Of a stretch of DNA of 64,000 nucleotides, positions 25,031-41,088 are shown one piece after another. This DNA comes from Sminthopsis crassicaudata. Lineage: Eukaryota. A model generated the notes under the pieces. That model made no database searches. It was not told the origin of the DNA and saw nothing but the letters and a program-made list of their open reading frames with translations. The stretch spans positions 396,008,454 to 396,072,453 of the forward strand of contig NC_133619.1 of NCBI RefSeq assembly GCF_048593235.1. Direction: 5' to 3'. The translations under genes were made by a program, and so were the position numbers. Each line of letters starts with the position of its first letter. Positions within the stretch are counted from its first letter, which is position 1.

Positions 25031-26433
25031 TCACTAGGAATGTTTCCCCCCTGCTCCTTGAAGGCAGGGAAAGATTTTTTTGTTTGTGTCTTTATCTCTC
25101 TCCAGAGTCTAGCATAATGCTTCTGGCACATAGTAGACAGCCCATAAATGTTTGCTGGCTTGAATTAAGCACTGTCAGTAATTAGAATAAACACCAGGGG
25201 TCAAACAGATGAGATGAATGTGCTCCCAAGAGTTTGATTTGAGTCCTAGCTTTGCTCCATACAGTTGTATGATCTTGGGAAATTTACTGAAGCTTTATTT
25301 CCTCATCATATTTTACATTAATACAGTATTTTAAGGGTTTAAAAAAAAAAAAAAAAAAGGATTTCCTTCCAACAGTTCTTTGAGATAGGCCATGTAAGTT
25401 CTGTTTTCCCATTTTACAGATGAGAAAAGTGAGGCTAGAAGAGTAAAGTTCTGTGTCAGAGCTGGAATTTAAACTTAGGTCCCTCCTGACTTAAAGGTTA
25501 ATGTGTTCTATACTACCCCGTGTATTTTTCCTCATCTATAAAATTAAGCTTAGGTAGTATTGTGGTGTGCATAGCTGTCATTTGACGATAAAATTAAGAC
25601 AACCTCTAGCTCTAATATCCTGTGATCCAGTAATTTAGCTATCACAAAATCACATAATCGGGGAGACAACTTTTGTATATATATATACACCTGAGAGTAT
25701 TCATTAAGATTCACAAATCCCATTACCACTGTGACCCCACAGCTGATTCCTGTTGTAGGATTAGGGAAATGACTACAGGTTAAGAGATATCTTCTGAAAC
25801 ATCAAGGAACCCTGAGGGAAAGCTAAAACGCTAAGTAAGGGCTAGGTAAATCAAATCATCCCCTCCCCCAACAACTGGACCTCCATCTCTCCTGAGACCC
25901 TGAGCCCAGAACCCCAGTAGCTTTGGGAATAGCAATGTTTTCAGCGCAGTGCCCGCAGACATCATCCGGGAAAGCAAGTCCTGTGCAGATGCAGTCTGGC
26001 CACTGCTGCTGTAGCTGCCTCAGCTATAATTACCCAAAAAAGAAAGTTCTTGGTATAGCAACAAAACGTTCAACATAATTGATATGATTTTATCAGTGGA
26101 AATAGCTTTAAAGAAAAAGCATTATCATCTTCACCTGAAGGACCATGTAAACTTTCCATCCAACTTGAAGCTGAAACTTTCCATGCATGGTCTTCCCCAC
26201 TGGAATGTGAGCTTGAGTTCATTTTTCTATTCCCCAGGCTTTAGCACAGTGCTTTACACATAGTCAATGTTTAATAAATGCTTTATTCATTCATTCACCT
26301 GTCTATCAAGGGATAAAAGGAAATTTTTGATCTCTGGAAGATGATGACAAAATTAACTATTAGGTGTGCAAGAAAGATGGTGTCATGCAAAAAAAAAAAA
26401 AATCTTGCCAAATGCTTAAACTTGTGGTATATT

Positions 26434-26584
26434 TGGAGCAGCTAGGTGGCGCAGTGCATAGAGCACCAGCCTTGAATTCAGGAGGACCCGAGTTTAAATC
26501 TAGTCTCAGGCACTTAACATTTCCTAGCTGTGTGACCCTGGGCAAGTCACTTAACCCCAGCCTCAAAAAAGGAAAAAATAAAAT
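26434..26584 (+). mobile_element. WSINE1/MAR1-type tRNA-derived CORE-SINE with 16-bp TSD
   Basis: ggagcagctaggtggcgcagtg..gagtttaaatc..ctgggcaagtcacttaacccc. AAACTTGTGGTATATT at 26418-26433 and 26585-26600. Confidence 0.9.
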
Positions 26585-27399
26585 AAACTTGTGGTATATT
26601 AATTTAATGGAATATTGCTGGATTATGCATAATAAATAATGACTAATGAATACAGAAAAACATGGGAAGTCACGTCAGGAGGTATTACAGCTTGGGACTT
26701 GGTGTCAGGAAGACCTAAGTTCAAGATACCTTGGGCGAATCACTTAAAAATAAAATAAAATAAAAAACCTTCTAGCTTCAGTTTCCCCAACTGTAAACGA
26801 TATATATAGTATATATGAAAAGCACTTATAATTATTATTATATGATTCGTGTAAAGTGAAGTATGCAGAATCACGATATCTAATACTGAGGCTAGCATTT
26901 ATATAGTTTCTCGTAACGCTTCCAAAGCACTGTACACATTCACTGGATCCTCACAAGTGCTGGGAAGTAGACATTATCCGCTTTATTTTATAGAAGAGGA
27001 AACTGAGTCAGGCCTAAGTTAAGCACCTAGCTCAGTGTCCCTAAGCTCGTCCTGAAGGGGCGTGTGAACTCCAGGCTTCCGGACTGGATGTTTTGCGACT
27101 CGTTTTGGAACGGCAAAATTTAGCACGTAGCCGGCCTTATCTATACATGTTTAATAAATGTTTATTGATCGCTGCGCCACTCAGCGGGCAGAAAAGCAAT
27201 AGACGCGATGACTGCAAGAAGATCAAAGAATAGGGCAATGGAAACTGAAGCCTGCAAAATTCTATAACGGCCACGCTCGACCTCACCGAAGGGCTGTAAG
27301 GAAGCAGCTTCAGTTCTTGGACGGGCAGCTTGTGGTATATTAAGGGACAAAAAGGAATTAGCAGGAGGAAGGCGCCAGAATAAACTAAGAGGGACCGGG

Positions 27400-28450
27400 G
27401 AAAGTGAGGTTTTAGGTGGGGCTTCAAGGGGGGCAGTGAGCAGAGAAGCTACCCTTCCCCTCCGATTCCTCTAACATTTTTCATATTTCCTTTGCTGCTT
27501 CTACTTTCTTTGTGCAGAGGCAGTTTCGTGCGGAGCGTGGGACTTGGGAACTTTCGTTCTGTACGAGCCCGGGTAATCCATGAGACGTCTACACATGTCT
27601 CTGGAGAACGAAGCGCTAGAGTCAGTGACCTCCGAAATCCCCTGCAGATCCGGGCCCTTTGTCAGCCCCTCCCCCGCTACGGCTCGGGTGTTCTTCAGCA
27701 CCTCCCAAAGTACACTACGTATACTCATTAGTATAAAAGGCGTTTCCCAAGCGCCCCTGAGGGGTGCAGGAGGAGCAGCCCAGGGCTACACTCTAAAGGC
27801 CTAGGCTTTCGAATCCTCTGACTACGAGCAGGACTTTAGAACACGTCATTTCCTCCCACCAGGTCCCGGTTTTTCGCTTCGGTAAGAGAGGAGGGGATCC
27901 AACTCGATTCGGATTGGATAGAAATTGTCCCCGCCTCTCCTCGAAGACTCGGGGAGCGCGTCCGCGCACCCGCAGTAGGAGGAAGGCTGCGCAGTCCGCT
28001 CCGCCGGAAGGGGTGGGGACGCGACAGAGTCGGAGGTCGCGGGGCGTGGCCTCATAGGCGACGACGGCTGCGGAGGCGCCCGGAGGGAGAGCGGTAGTAA
28101 GAGCAATGGCGCCAGCGCATCGCTGCCCGCTGTGCCGCCAGAGCTTTTTCTCCGGCCGCGGACACGTCTATAGCCATAAACACCAGCGACAGCTGAAGGC
28201 GGCTCTGGAGCGGTTGCTGCCCCAGGTCAGGCCGCGCGCCGGGGATTTGGGGGCGGGGGAGGTGCGGAAGAGTCGGGACCCGGTTCGGGGGTGTCTGGGC
28301 GGATGAACTTGAGGGGAAGATAAGGAGCTTCTAAGGTATTCTGGACGAGGAGGTGGGGAGAAGTTAGGGATTTTGTAAAAGTGAGCATTTAAGGGCAAAA
28401 AATGACGAGGAGCTCGGATGCTGGGATGTCGGGATAGGAAGCTGAACTGT
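27400..28450. promoter_or_regulatory. CpG island promoter of CENATAC
   Basis: Sharp rise in GC and CpG around exon 1. GC-box (ggggcgtggc) near 28040. Confidence 0.85.
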
Positions 28451-31400
28451 CAGGAGAGTCCAAAGGAAAGCGGGGTGAAGAAACTGAGGAAGAATGAGGT
28501 TATAAAAATTCGGTGAACTCCAGGAACTTTAGACTTTTAAAAAACTTAATCAGAGAAAAGAGAATGACTGCTCCTTTGGCTGAATGGATGGGTGATGGAG
28601 AACCTGTCAAGTTCTCATTTTGCTGATCTTCTCTGCTAAAGAGAAACATTGTTTGTTGTGTTTTACTAGAACAGACATGCAAGAAAACGGCTAATAGGTT
28701 TTCAGGAACCTAGTTAAGTAAGAAAGCAACTGAGCCATTGGGCCCACGGAAGCATCCTAAGGAATTGTGACTGCAAGTCCCAGTCAGAGCTTTTAATGTG
28801 GTATAGAAGACGAGAGAAGCATTTCAAAACGGAACAACAAATGTCTTTGAGTTTTTTCTTTTAGTTCGCAAATTATATACCAGTGAATAATACTCACTTA
28901 AATTGCCCCCATAATTCTAGAATGAAATGACATGAGATATAAAAATATATATATTTTCCCCTCTGCTGAGGCAGTTGGAGTTAAGTGACTTGCCCAGGGT
29001 CACTCAATTAGGAAGTGTTAAATGTCTGGGGTCATATTTGAACTCAGGTCCTCCTGACTTAAGGGCTGGCACTTTATCTGCTGTGCTACCTAGCTGCCCC
29101 CATTATATGTGTTATTAACCGATATTGGTCAGCTTTGAAATGACAGATAATAGGCAACAGGGAAAACATGATCCTACAAGAGATAATTGGCATTGACAAA
29201 ACATCAATCACAAATTCTCTGGAACAGCAGATTATGCCAAAACTAGTTAAGGACCACTAAATTTGAAACCCAGAACACCTGTAAAGAGTTAAAGGGGACT
29301 GTACCATTAAGGGGTGGGTAGGTTCTCCTAAAGCCCCCACAGCTGTGAATCATAACCCACTTGAAATAATTGCAAATCAGCCTTTACTAGATGTTGCTTG
29401 TGAACTGAGAATCTGCTCATTAGAATTAGATTCCCCAGTAGCCACTAGCAGGTACCTCAATGTAACACAATCTAATTTACATTTTTGACAGAATTACTAA
29501 GCTGGTAGATGAGGAAAATAAAAATTAACCTAACTTTTAGCAAAATGTCATGGCATTCTTGTGAAGAAGGAGAAATATGGTCAAGGTGTTGTTTGTCCTA
29601 CATCCTCAAAGAGGACAGTGGTGGTGATGCTATGACTTTCATTTGAATTAAAGTAAGGGAGGGCTGTGAAAAATCATCAGCCTCACTCTCCTGTCTAGAG
29701 CCATCTAGGTCCAGTGATAAAATGTACTAGAGATAGTCCTAAACGCAATAGGAGAACTTGGCCTTTTTAAGCTAAGATCTTTAACTGGTCTCAGTTTGAC
29801 TAAGGCCCTACTTACACAATGATTAAGGCTAAGTAAAAAAGCAGAAAATAGCNNNNNNNNNNNNNNNNNNNNNNNNNNNNNNNNNNNNNNNNNNNNNNNN
29901 NNNNNNNNNNNNNNNNNNNNNNNNNNNNNNNNNNNNNNNNNNNNNNNNNNNNNNNNNNNNNNNNNNNNNNNNNNNNNNNNNNNNNNNNNNNNNNNNNNNN
30001 NNNNNNNNNNNNNNNNNNNNTATATACACACAGATAGATAGACCAACCCAGGGTTTCTTCCCAGAACAAACAATTGCTATTTGCATTCATTTTAAGTCAG
30101 GGCCCAGACAGTGATTCAATAGGCTTAACCTAAAGCCTACTGTTGATCAATCAATGAGAACCAGAGTGACTTGGGGTATGGTCCTTAAGACAGAAATATA
30201 ACTAGTAAATCCCAAGATATGTTAGAAGTGTTCAGTTATCAAAATTTACATTCCTTTGGGCAAAGCACCTGCAAGTAAGGATATGATACTTTTTTTTTTT
30301 TTTTTTTTTTTTTTTACCCCTTCCCTTCTCTCTGTCCACATAGAATCATAGTGACTGTAAGCAGATGACAATACAGGGGATAGGACTCTCTATTGTGCAT
30401 TTTTACTCTGTGCTATTTAATGTTTTCCTCAGTGACTTTAAATAGATAAATAGTATACTAACTAAATTTGCAGGTATGCCATCACTAAGGAGAGAAGGTC
30501 ATCTTGTTGGATGACAGAATAAGGATCCAAAAAGATTTGAATAGACTAGAACATTGGGCTCAGTCTAATAAGGTGAAATTTAATGGGGACAAATGAATTA
30601 AAGAAATATTTGTATATTTGGGTTCAATAAATCAACTTCTAGAAGATGAAAAGTCATGTTTATATGAATTTGAACTACAAGCTCAATATGAGTCAAAATT
30701 TTGTTTTACTTAATTCAATCTTTCAATGATTTGAAAGAAAAATGGTGTCCAAAACAAAGGTTATGAGTACCATACTATACCATTTCCTAATCAGATGCCA
30801 TCTAAATTATTGTGCTCAGTTCTGGGCAGCACATATTAGGAGGAATTTTGATAAACTAGAGAACCTCCAGAGGAGGGCTCAGAGAGATAACCATATGAGG
30901 ATCATTTGAATGAATCAGTCATATTTAACCTGGGAAAAGTGAAGGTTTAAGAGAGATCTGATTGCTAACTTCAAGCATTTAAAGAGATTTCATAATAGAA
31001 GAGGGATTTGATTTATACTGAGTCTAAGATGACAGAACTAGGAATAATGAATGGCAGTTAGATTGAGTCAGATTTAGGATTGATCAAAGAAAAGCTGCAG
31101 TTGGAGCTGTTCAAAAATTGGAATGGTTTTGTCTTGAGATATAACAAGATCTTCAGTAGATCTTGACGGCTACTTTTCAGGATTCAGAATAGTTTTATTG
31201 ACTGTTATAGATTGAACTACATGGCTTGTAGATGTCATTCTGTGAAAGTAAAGAATTTGAAGCAATTAAAGGGAGTAGTCAGGGGCTGGTCATTGAATTG
31301 AAGGATGAAAAAAAAGATTGACTATGAATTCTCTCCAGTCAAAGAGACTTCTCTTCTTTCCCAGGTGGAGGCTGCCCGAAAAGCAGTTCGTACTGTCCAA

Positions 31401-34400
31401 GTGGAGCGCTATTCCCCTGAGCATGACCAATGCTGCTGGTGTCTGTGCTGTGGCTGTGAGGTTCAGAAGCATCTGAGCCACGGAAACATGACAGTGCTGC
31501 ATGGAGGTCTGCTGGAACATCTGGCCTGGTATGGATAAAGCCTTGAGAAAGGAGAGCAGGGAGACGCACCTTCACTAAGGGTGGAACATTATGTGTGAAG
31601 ACATTTAATGTCATTGAGCACTGCTCTTCCGGTACTAGAGGGGAAATTAGCCTGAAGTCCTGCAGTGTGACTGGAGGAGTGATTTTCCAGGATGATTATA
31701 GCTTTGGCTTCTCCATCCTTCCCCCTTAGAAAGAAAGGCCTAGCAATAAAATTCAGATAACATATAAAGGACTGTATTAGGGCCTTATCAGAGGTAAAGC
31801 ACTCATCTTTCTTTTTTGTTAAGAATCTATGAAGTTGAAAATGATATGTATAATAATTAGCAATCTATCAATTAGGCAGCTTTGCTCAACTGATTTCTAG
31901 AAATGTATTTTATGGAAGGTTGATTGGAAGAATGTGTCTTGAAAAATGTATTCTTCCCTTTTTTCCTCCATCCCTCAAAAAAGGGAAGAATCCTGAATCA
32001 TTTTATTTCCATTCTTTTCATCCACAGTCCAGACCACAGGAAAGCAACCAACAAATTTTGGTGGGAGAATAAGGCAGATATCTTGCTAAAAGAAAAGTTT
32101 CTAGTCTCCCAGCAAGATTATACCCGGTAAGTCATTGGTTTTAAAGATGAATGAGTGGGGAAGAAAACAACAAATCCATGACATGGGTGGCCTTGCTATA
32201 GTAGAAAGAATATTGACGCCAATATAGAGTCATACATAGCAAACTGGAAAATATGGCAAAAGTCAGAAATAATCAATGTTGGAAGAACTCCAGAAAGACT
32301 AATATGCTATTGGTGGATTGATTTAAATCTAGGAAACAATTTGGAATTATGGTGGAAAAATAATTGGATTGTTCATACCCTTTGATGCCTCAAAACTCCC
32401 ACTGTTAGACAATATCCCAAGAATGTTTCCACAAGTCACCAAGTATTCATAGCAGAATTTTTTGGGGTAGCAAAAACTGGCAACACAGTAGCTACCTTTT
32501 GATTAGTGAATAGCTGTGAATAAATTATGGCATATAAATGTCATGGAGAGCGTTACTGCACCTTAAAAAATGAAGAATATAAGGAATTCAGAGAAAAAAA
32601 GAAAAGACTTGTATCAACTGATGTAAAATGAAGTAAGCAGAAACATAGAAACAGTATTGATATTCAAAATAACTATAATTATATATAATGGCTAATATTT
32701 TTTTTATCAATACTATTTTATTTTTCTAGTTACATATAGTTTTTAGCATTTGTTTTTGCAAGATTTTGAGTTCCAAATTTTTCCTTCCTACTCTGCAAGT
32801 AATTTGAAAAGCTTATACATATACAGTAATTTAATGTTGTGAAAGAAAAATAGAACAAAAGTGAAAAAGCAGGAAAAAAAAGTGCCCCATTCAGGTTCCA
32901 TAGTTCCGTTCTCTTGTTCCTCTTTCTCTTTTTATATTTATATATATAAATTTTACATCGGTGGCTAATATGAGAGTTCTTACTGTTCACTGCTACTACA
33001 ATGCAAAATAACTCATTTTGACTCTGAAAATTAGGAAATGCATTCCATTGGGGGTGAAGGAAAGTCCATTGGATAAGGTGGTATTATATATATTATTAGA
33101 TTGAGTAATTCTTTTAATTTGTCTCACTTTCTGTAAATTACTCACATTTAATAAAATGCAACAATAAAAGTTTTTAAAAGCCTACTGGGCTGGGTTGGAG
33201 TCCACAGATTTGAATTCTTTTCCATAATTTCTATTATTTCCATGATCAAGGTTATGCTTTCAAGAAAGTGAAAACCTTGATGAGTCTCACCAAGATGCAC
33301 TACATTTTGTCTAACCTTCAAGAAAGACAAAGCTGGCTGAGTCCAGTGAGACTCATCATTTAGGTTAGCCATCAGAAAATGACATTTTTTTGGCTACAGT
33401 GAAGCTACTTTGTGAAGACCATCAACTAAAGCATTGAAGAGTTAGTTACCTACATCAAAGGAAGGAGTACCCAAATTTGAAGCACTAAATTACTACACTC
33501 ACTTCAGTAATGAGATGACTAGCCTAATGCAGTTCAGTTGGATATTTACCAAGCATTTTTATCATTCACAGTAGCATGAATAAAAAAGTTTGATATATTC
33601 CCAAAATAATGAAAACACATAAGAAAAAATATAAAACATGCTGATTTTTAAAAATGAATTTTCATAAAGATCACATTTTTCCTTCCTATCCCTCACTGAG
33701 AAAAAAAACCCAAACTAGTTATATACATGCTGTTGACACACAAAAATCAAACTGGATGGTATTGGCCATATGTGTTCAGCTGTTTTAAATCTGTTACCTC
33801 TTTATCAGGTCGTAGGTGACTATCGTTTTTCATCCTAAATTGAATAAAATCAAGTGCAAATATGAATGATACTAATGATGCTGTGATGTATCCTCCAGAA
33901 ATAGGAGAGGACAACTAGGTGGTGCAGTGGAGAGAACACCAGCCCAGAAGTCAGAATTTGAGTTAAAATTTAGCCTCAGCCACTTACCACTTATTAGCTT
34001 TGTGACCCTGGGCAAGTCACTTAACCCCAATTGCCTCAGGAAAAAAAGAAAAAAATAAGAGGCTATTCATAGTAGGGAGGAAGCAGGCCTGTTGCCGGAT
34101 TCTTAGTAAATGGGACTTGAGTGCCCCTCAACTTAGCTTAAGAAGTCATGCCTTGGCATTCTTGGGCAGCTGAGGTGAAAAGCACCACTCTTAAAATGGG
34201 CTATCTGAGTGTAGTCAGATCAGCCATGAGCATGGAAAAGGGGAAAATAATCAAGGAATCTTTTATCACACTCAAAAATTTTTAGCAAGTTTTCATTTAG
34301 TCTTAATTGTACAATGAAATACATACTACCAGCTGGGGATAGTCTGTACATACCACAAAAAAGGTGGAAATGCTAGCCTCAAATTAATTTTTTTCTTCCC

Positions 34401-36386
34401 TGTTGACTAAATAACAAACTGGTAGAAAATGGAAAATTGAAAACCAGTCTCTTCCTCATTCTCTCCCATTTCTGTGAAGTGGCCCAAATTTGTGGGATTT
34501 TTAAAAAGTGACTGTAGATGTCAGTATAGTGGCTGGAATTTAAAACTCTTGGGTTTAGTTTGAAAAAGTGTGCAGTTGGGGGAAAAGATTACATAGGGAA
34601 GGAAAGGTTAAGAAGTATCAAGTTTGAAGAATGTACCAAGTAGGCATTTGAGAAGATGTGTAAACTGGTTAAGGAAAGGAGTGAGTGACCAGAATGACTG
34701 GTTCCCCCAACCTTTTAATTTTTCTTTCTAGATTCAAGAAATCCATGGTAAAGGCCCTGGACTCCTATGAAGAAAAAGAGGATGAAATGATTAAAAAGGT
34801 AAGTTATTGGTGACATGATAGGAACTAGAGCTTCCTATGTATGCCCTGGACAGTATCTTAATCTTCCCTGCACCTCTACAATGTCCCTATAGATGGCAGC
34901 CCAGATTCGAGAGGTGGAACGCAGCCGCCAGGAGGTCGTACAGTCTGTCTTAGAGGTTGGTTTCCAACCGAGGCTCCAGAGCAGTATCCACCATGGCTGG
35001 TCTCTGAATTGCTTTGAGCTCCCCAGCACTTCACCTACTGGCTGTTCTTGAGAACACACCGACTTTTGTTCTGCTTGGAACCCTACAACTGAAGGCACCT
35101 TGGCTTACCAGGGTGTCAGACTGGCTAGGATAGTGGTGATTGGCAGAGGGGGCATTTATGCTTTCACTGTTCCCTAAGCAGGGAGGGTCATTTAAACTTG
35201 CCAACTTCTAAAGCATGGTTGAAATTACTGGGGCAGGGAGGGATTCTACATATTGGGCAGCAAAGTTCAGCTGCCAATCTGTATTTTGGGCATTGGTTTG
35301 AGAGGTGGGTAGAGCATTGCAGGCAGGCATAAAATTCTAGACACATTTATTTTTCCTGAATCAAACTCAGCCTCAGGCAGTGCCAGACCCAGAAGAGGGC
35401 TGTTCATCGCCTTGTATCTGGAAAGGAACAAACAGGTAAGAACACCAGAAATGGGAGTCCTAAAACCTCTGAATAAAAAGGTCCCATGCCCCAGAAGGTG
35501 ATTAGGCTGGTTATGATAGTAATTCCTACATATGTGCAAATGGGCATCTCTGTGAGATGAGACCAAGTCCCATTTCTGTGTGCCTCAATCTCCAGGTTCT
35601 CTCCGGTTTTCTTTTGCAGCATAACCTCCAGCTCACAACAGCTCTCCTTCAACCCACTACCTGCTCCAGAACTGAACTGGATGGAGGCTACACAGTCCCT
35701 AACTTTCATTGGACATCAGGTAAAGTGGAAATATAAAATCTTGTTATTCAGAAAATGGACTTTTCTTTCCTCCATCTAAATATTTCTCATATTTCTAATC
35801 TTAGGATATACCTGAAGTTGGCAATGTTCATTCAGGTAAGAAGTGTTGATTCTGATTCTTGATCTCATTAATAGGGAACACACCTCTCATAAAAAAAAGT
35901 TGTGCTTTTATAATTAGCTGGGCTAAAAGATGATACCCTTACTGTTTCCAACTGAGTGCTTTTATCTCTTTATTCTTATTTAGGGGCTACTCCACCCTGG
36001 CTGTTGCAGGATGATGAAGAGTCCCACAACTCAGCAGACCAGATTGGACCTTCCTATGAAGAATTCCTCAAAGAAAGTGAGTTAAAGGAATGGGATTGAT
36101 TTTTCTTAATTACTCTTTTAATGCTGTAACAATGTGCCTTTGCAGAAGAGAAACAGAAATTGAGAAGACTACCCGCAGATCGAGTAGGGGCCAATTTTGA
36201 CCACAGCTCCAATACAGGTGCAGGCTGGCTGCCTTCCTTTGGAAGAGTGTGGAACAATGGGAGACGATGGCAATCTCGGTAAGAAAGAGCAGACTACTTA
36301 CTAGTGTTTTGTTTTTAAACCTGATCTCAAACTTATCAAACTTTTTTCTTTCCAGGCATCAATTCAAAGCAGAAACAAAGCAGTAA
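28106..36386 (+). CDS. CENATAC: Centrosomal AT-AC splicing factor (CCDC84), 11 coding exons, 321 aa
   Basis: Exons 28106-28225, 31365-31528, 32028-32126, 34732-34798, 34893-34955, 35371-35435, 35620-35719, 35805-35835, 35984-36076, 36146-36278, 36356-36386. All GT-AG, total 966 nt. Protein [57 protein letters not shown] matches CCDC84. AATAAA at 36434-36439. Confidence 0.97.
28966..29100 (-). mobile_element. WSINE1/MAR1-type SINE
   Basis: Reverse complement of the 26434 element (aagtgacttgcccagggtcac..acctagctgcccc). Confidence 0.85.
29853..30020. other. Assembly gap (168 N) in CENATAC intron 1
   Basis: Run of n flanked by TA/CA microsatellite-like sequence. Confidence 1.
30495..31235 (+). 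mobile_element. CR1/L3 LINE 3' fragment
   Basis: gatccaaaaagatttgaatagactagaacattggg..aaatttaatggggacaaatg and gataaactagagaacctccagagg are CR1/L3 RT-end motifs. Confidence 0.75.
32200..33140. mobile_element. Old L1 3' remnant (+) with an antisense L1 3' UTR piece (~32700-32920)
   Basis: Degenerate ORF2-end motifs (tgttggaaga.., ttcatagcag..tttttggggtagcaaaaactgg) and a T-rich antisense tail. Confidence 0.65.
33909..34058 (+). mobile_element. WSINE1/MAR1-type SINE
   Basis: ggacaactaggtggtgcagtgg..ctgggcaagtcacttaacccc followed by an A-tail. Confidence 0.85.
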
Positions 36387-36623
36387 CCAATCAAGCAAAT
36401 GTGGCAAACTACATAAAACTTATTGATACTGTAAATAAAATTTTTTAGTAAAGAGTCAAAACTACAAGAAAACACAGCTCTTAAGTTTTTGAAAACGTTT
36501 TATTCTTGGAAATGTACACAAAAACGTCGAACCTGCCAAGGAAAAAAAAAATTAAATAAATATTTAGGTAATCACCTTTCAAGTCACTCTTAAATAAATG
36601 GGCCTAATATTCCCCTTACCATT

Positions 36624-40517
<3,894 letters not shown>

Positions 40518-40579
40518 GGTGAGGCTTCAGGAGCGCCTGCTGCTACCGCCTCCAAGCTAAGATGTCCGACAGAAAGGAA

Positions 40580-41088
40580 GTAAGTGGTATGGGTGAGCGG
40601 TGAAACTCCGTCTGTCTCTAAGTGCTTCCGGGACTAAACCGAAGGAACTTAAACGGAGTGGACTACAATTCCCAGTAGACACTCACACTCTACAAGAGAA
40701 AGTTCAAGAGACGTGAACTACGACTCCCAAGATGCATTATATCTAACGCAACGCTAAACAGCCACTACTATGATAACGCTGGGGGAATCTGACGAAACTG
40801 CGCTTACGTCTCTATACCCTCTTCGAGGAACTCGAGGTTAAAAAACGATAAAAAGCTAACCTTGAACTTATTATTTAACCCTTGTGGGAACAATAAAATA
40901 GGGATTGGAGAAGCATCAGTAAATATGAGTTAGACAGTTTTTCCTCCCCCTATAACCTCCACAACACAGAATGGACTGGTCGAGGATCACGTGTTCCAGG
41001 TTTCCTGGGTGGAACAACCAGAGGGGGAGGGAGAGACTTTTAAGGACTAGAGTAGTGCTCGAAACCGGAAACAGTCGCTGATGGAGCA
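40580..41088. promoter_or_regulatory. RPS25/TRAPPC4 bidirectional promoter with two ZNF143/THAP11-type motifs
   Basis: Head-to-head ATGs 572 nt apart. ACTACAATTCCCAG at 40662-40675, ACTACGACTCCCAAGATGC at 40717-40735, ETS-like cttccgg (40625) and ccggaa (~41065), E-box cacgtg (~40988). Confidence 0.8.

Noticed and set aside
29705-30090. ORFs spanning the N run
   Set aside because: Artefacts of the assembly gap.
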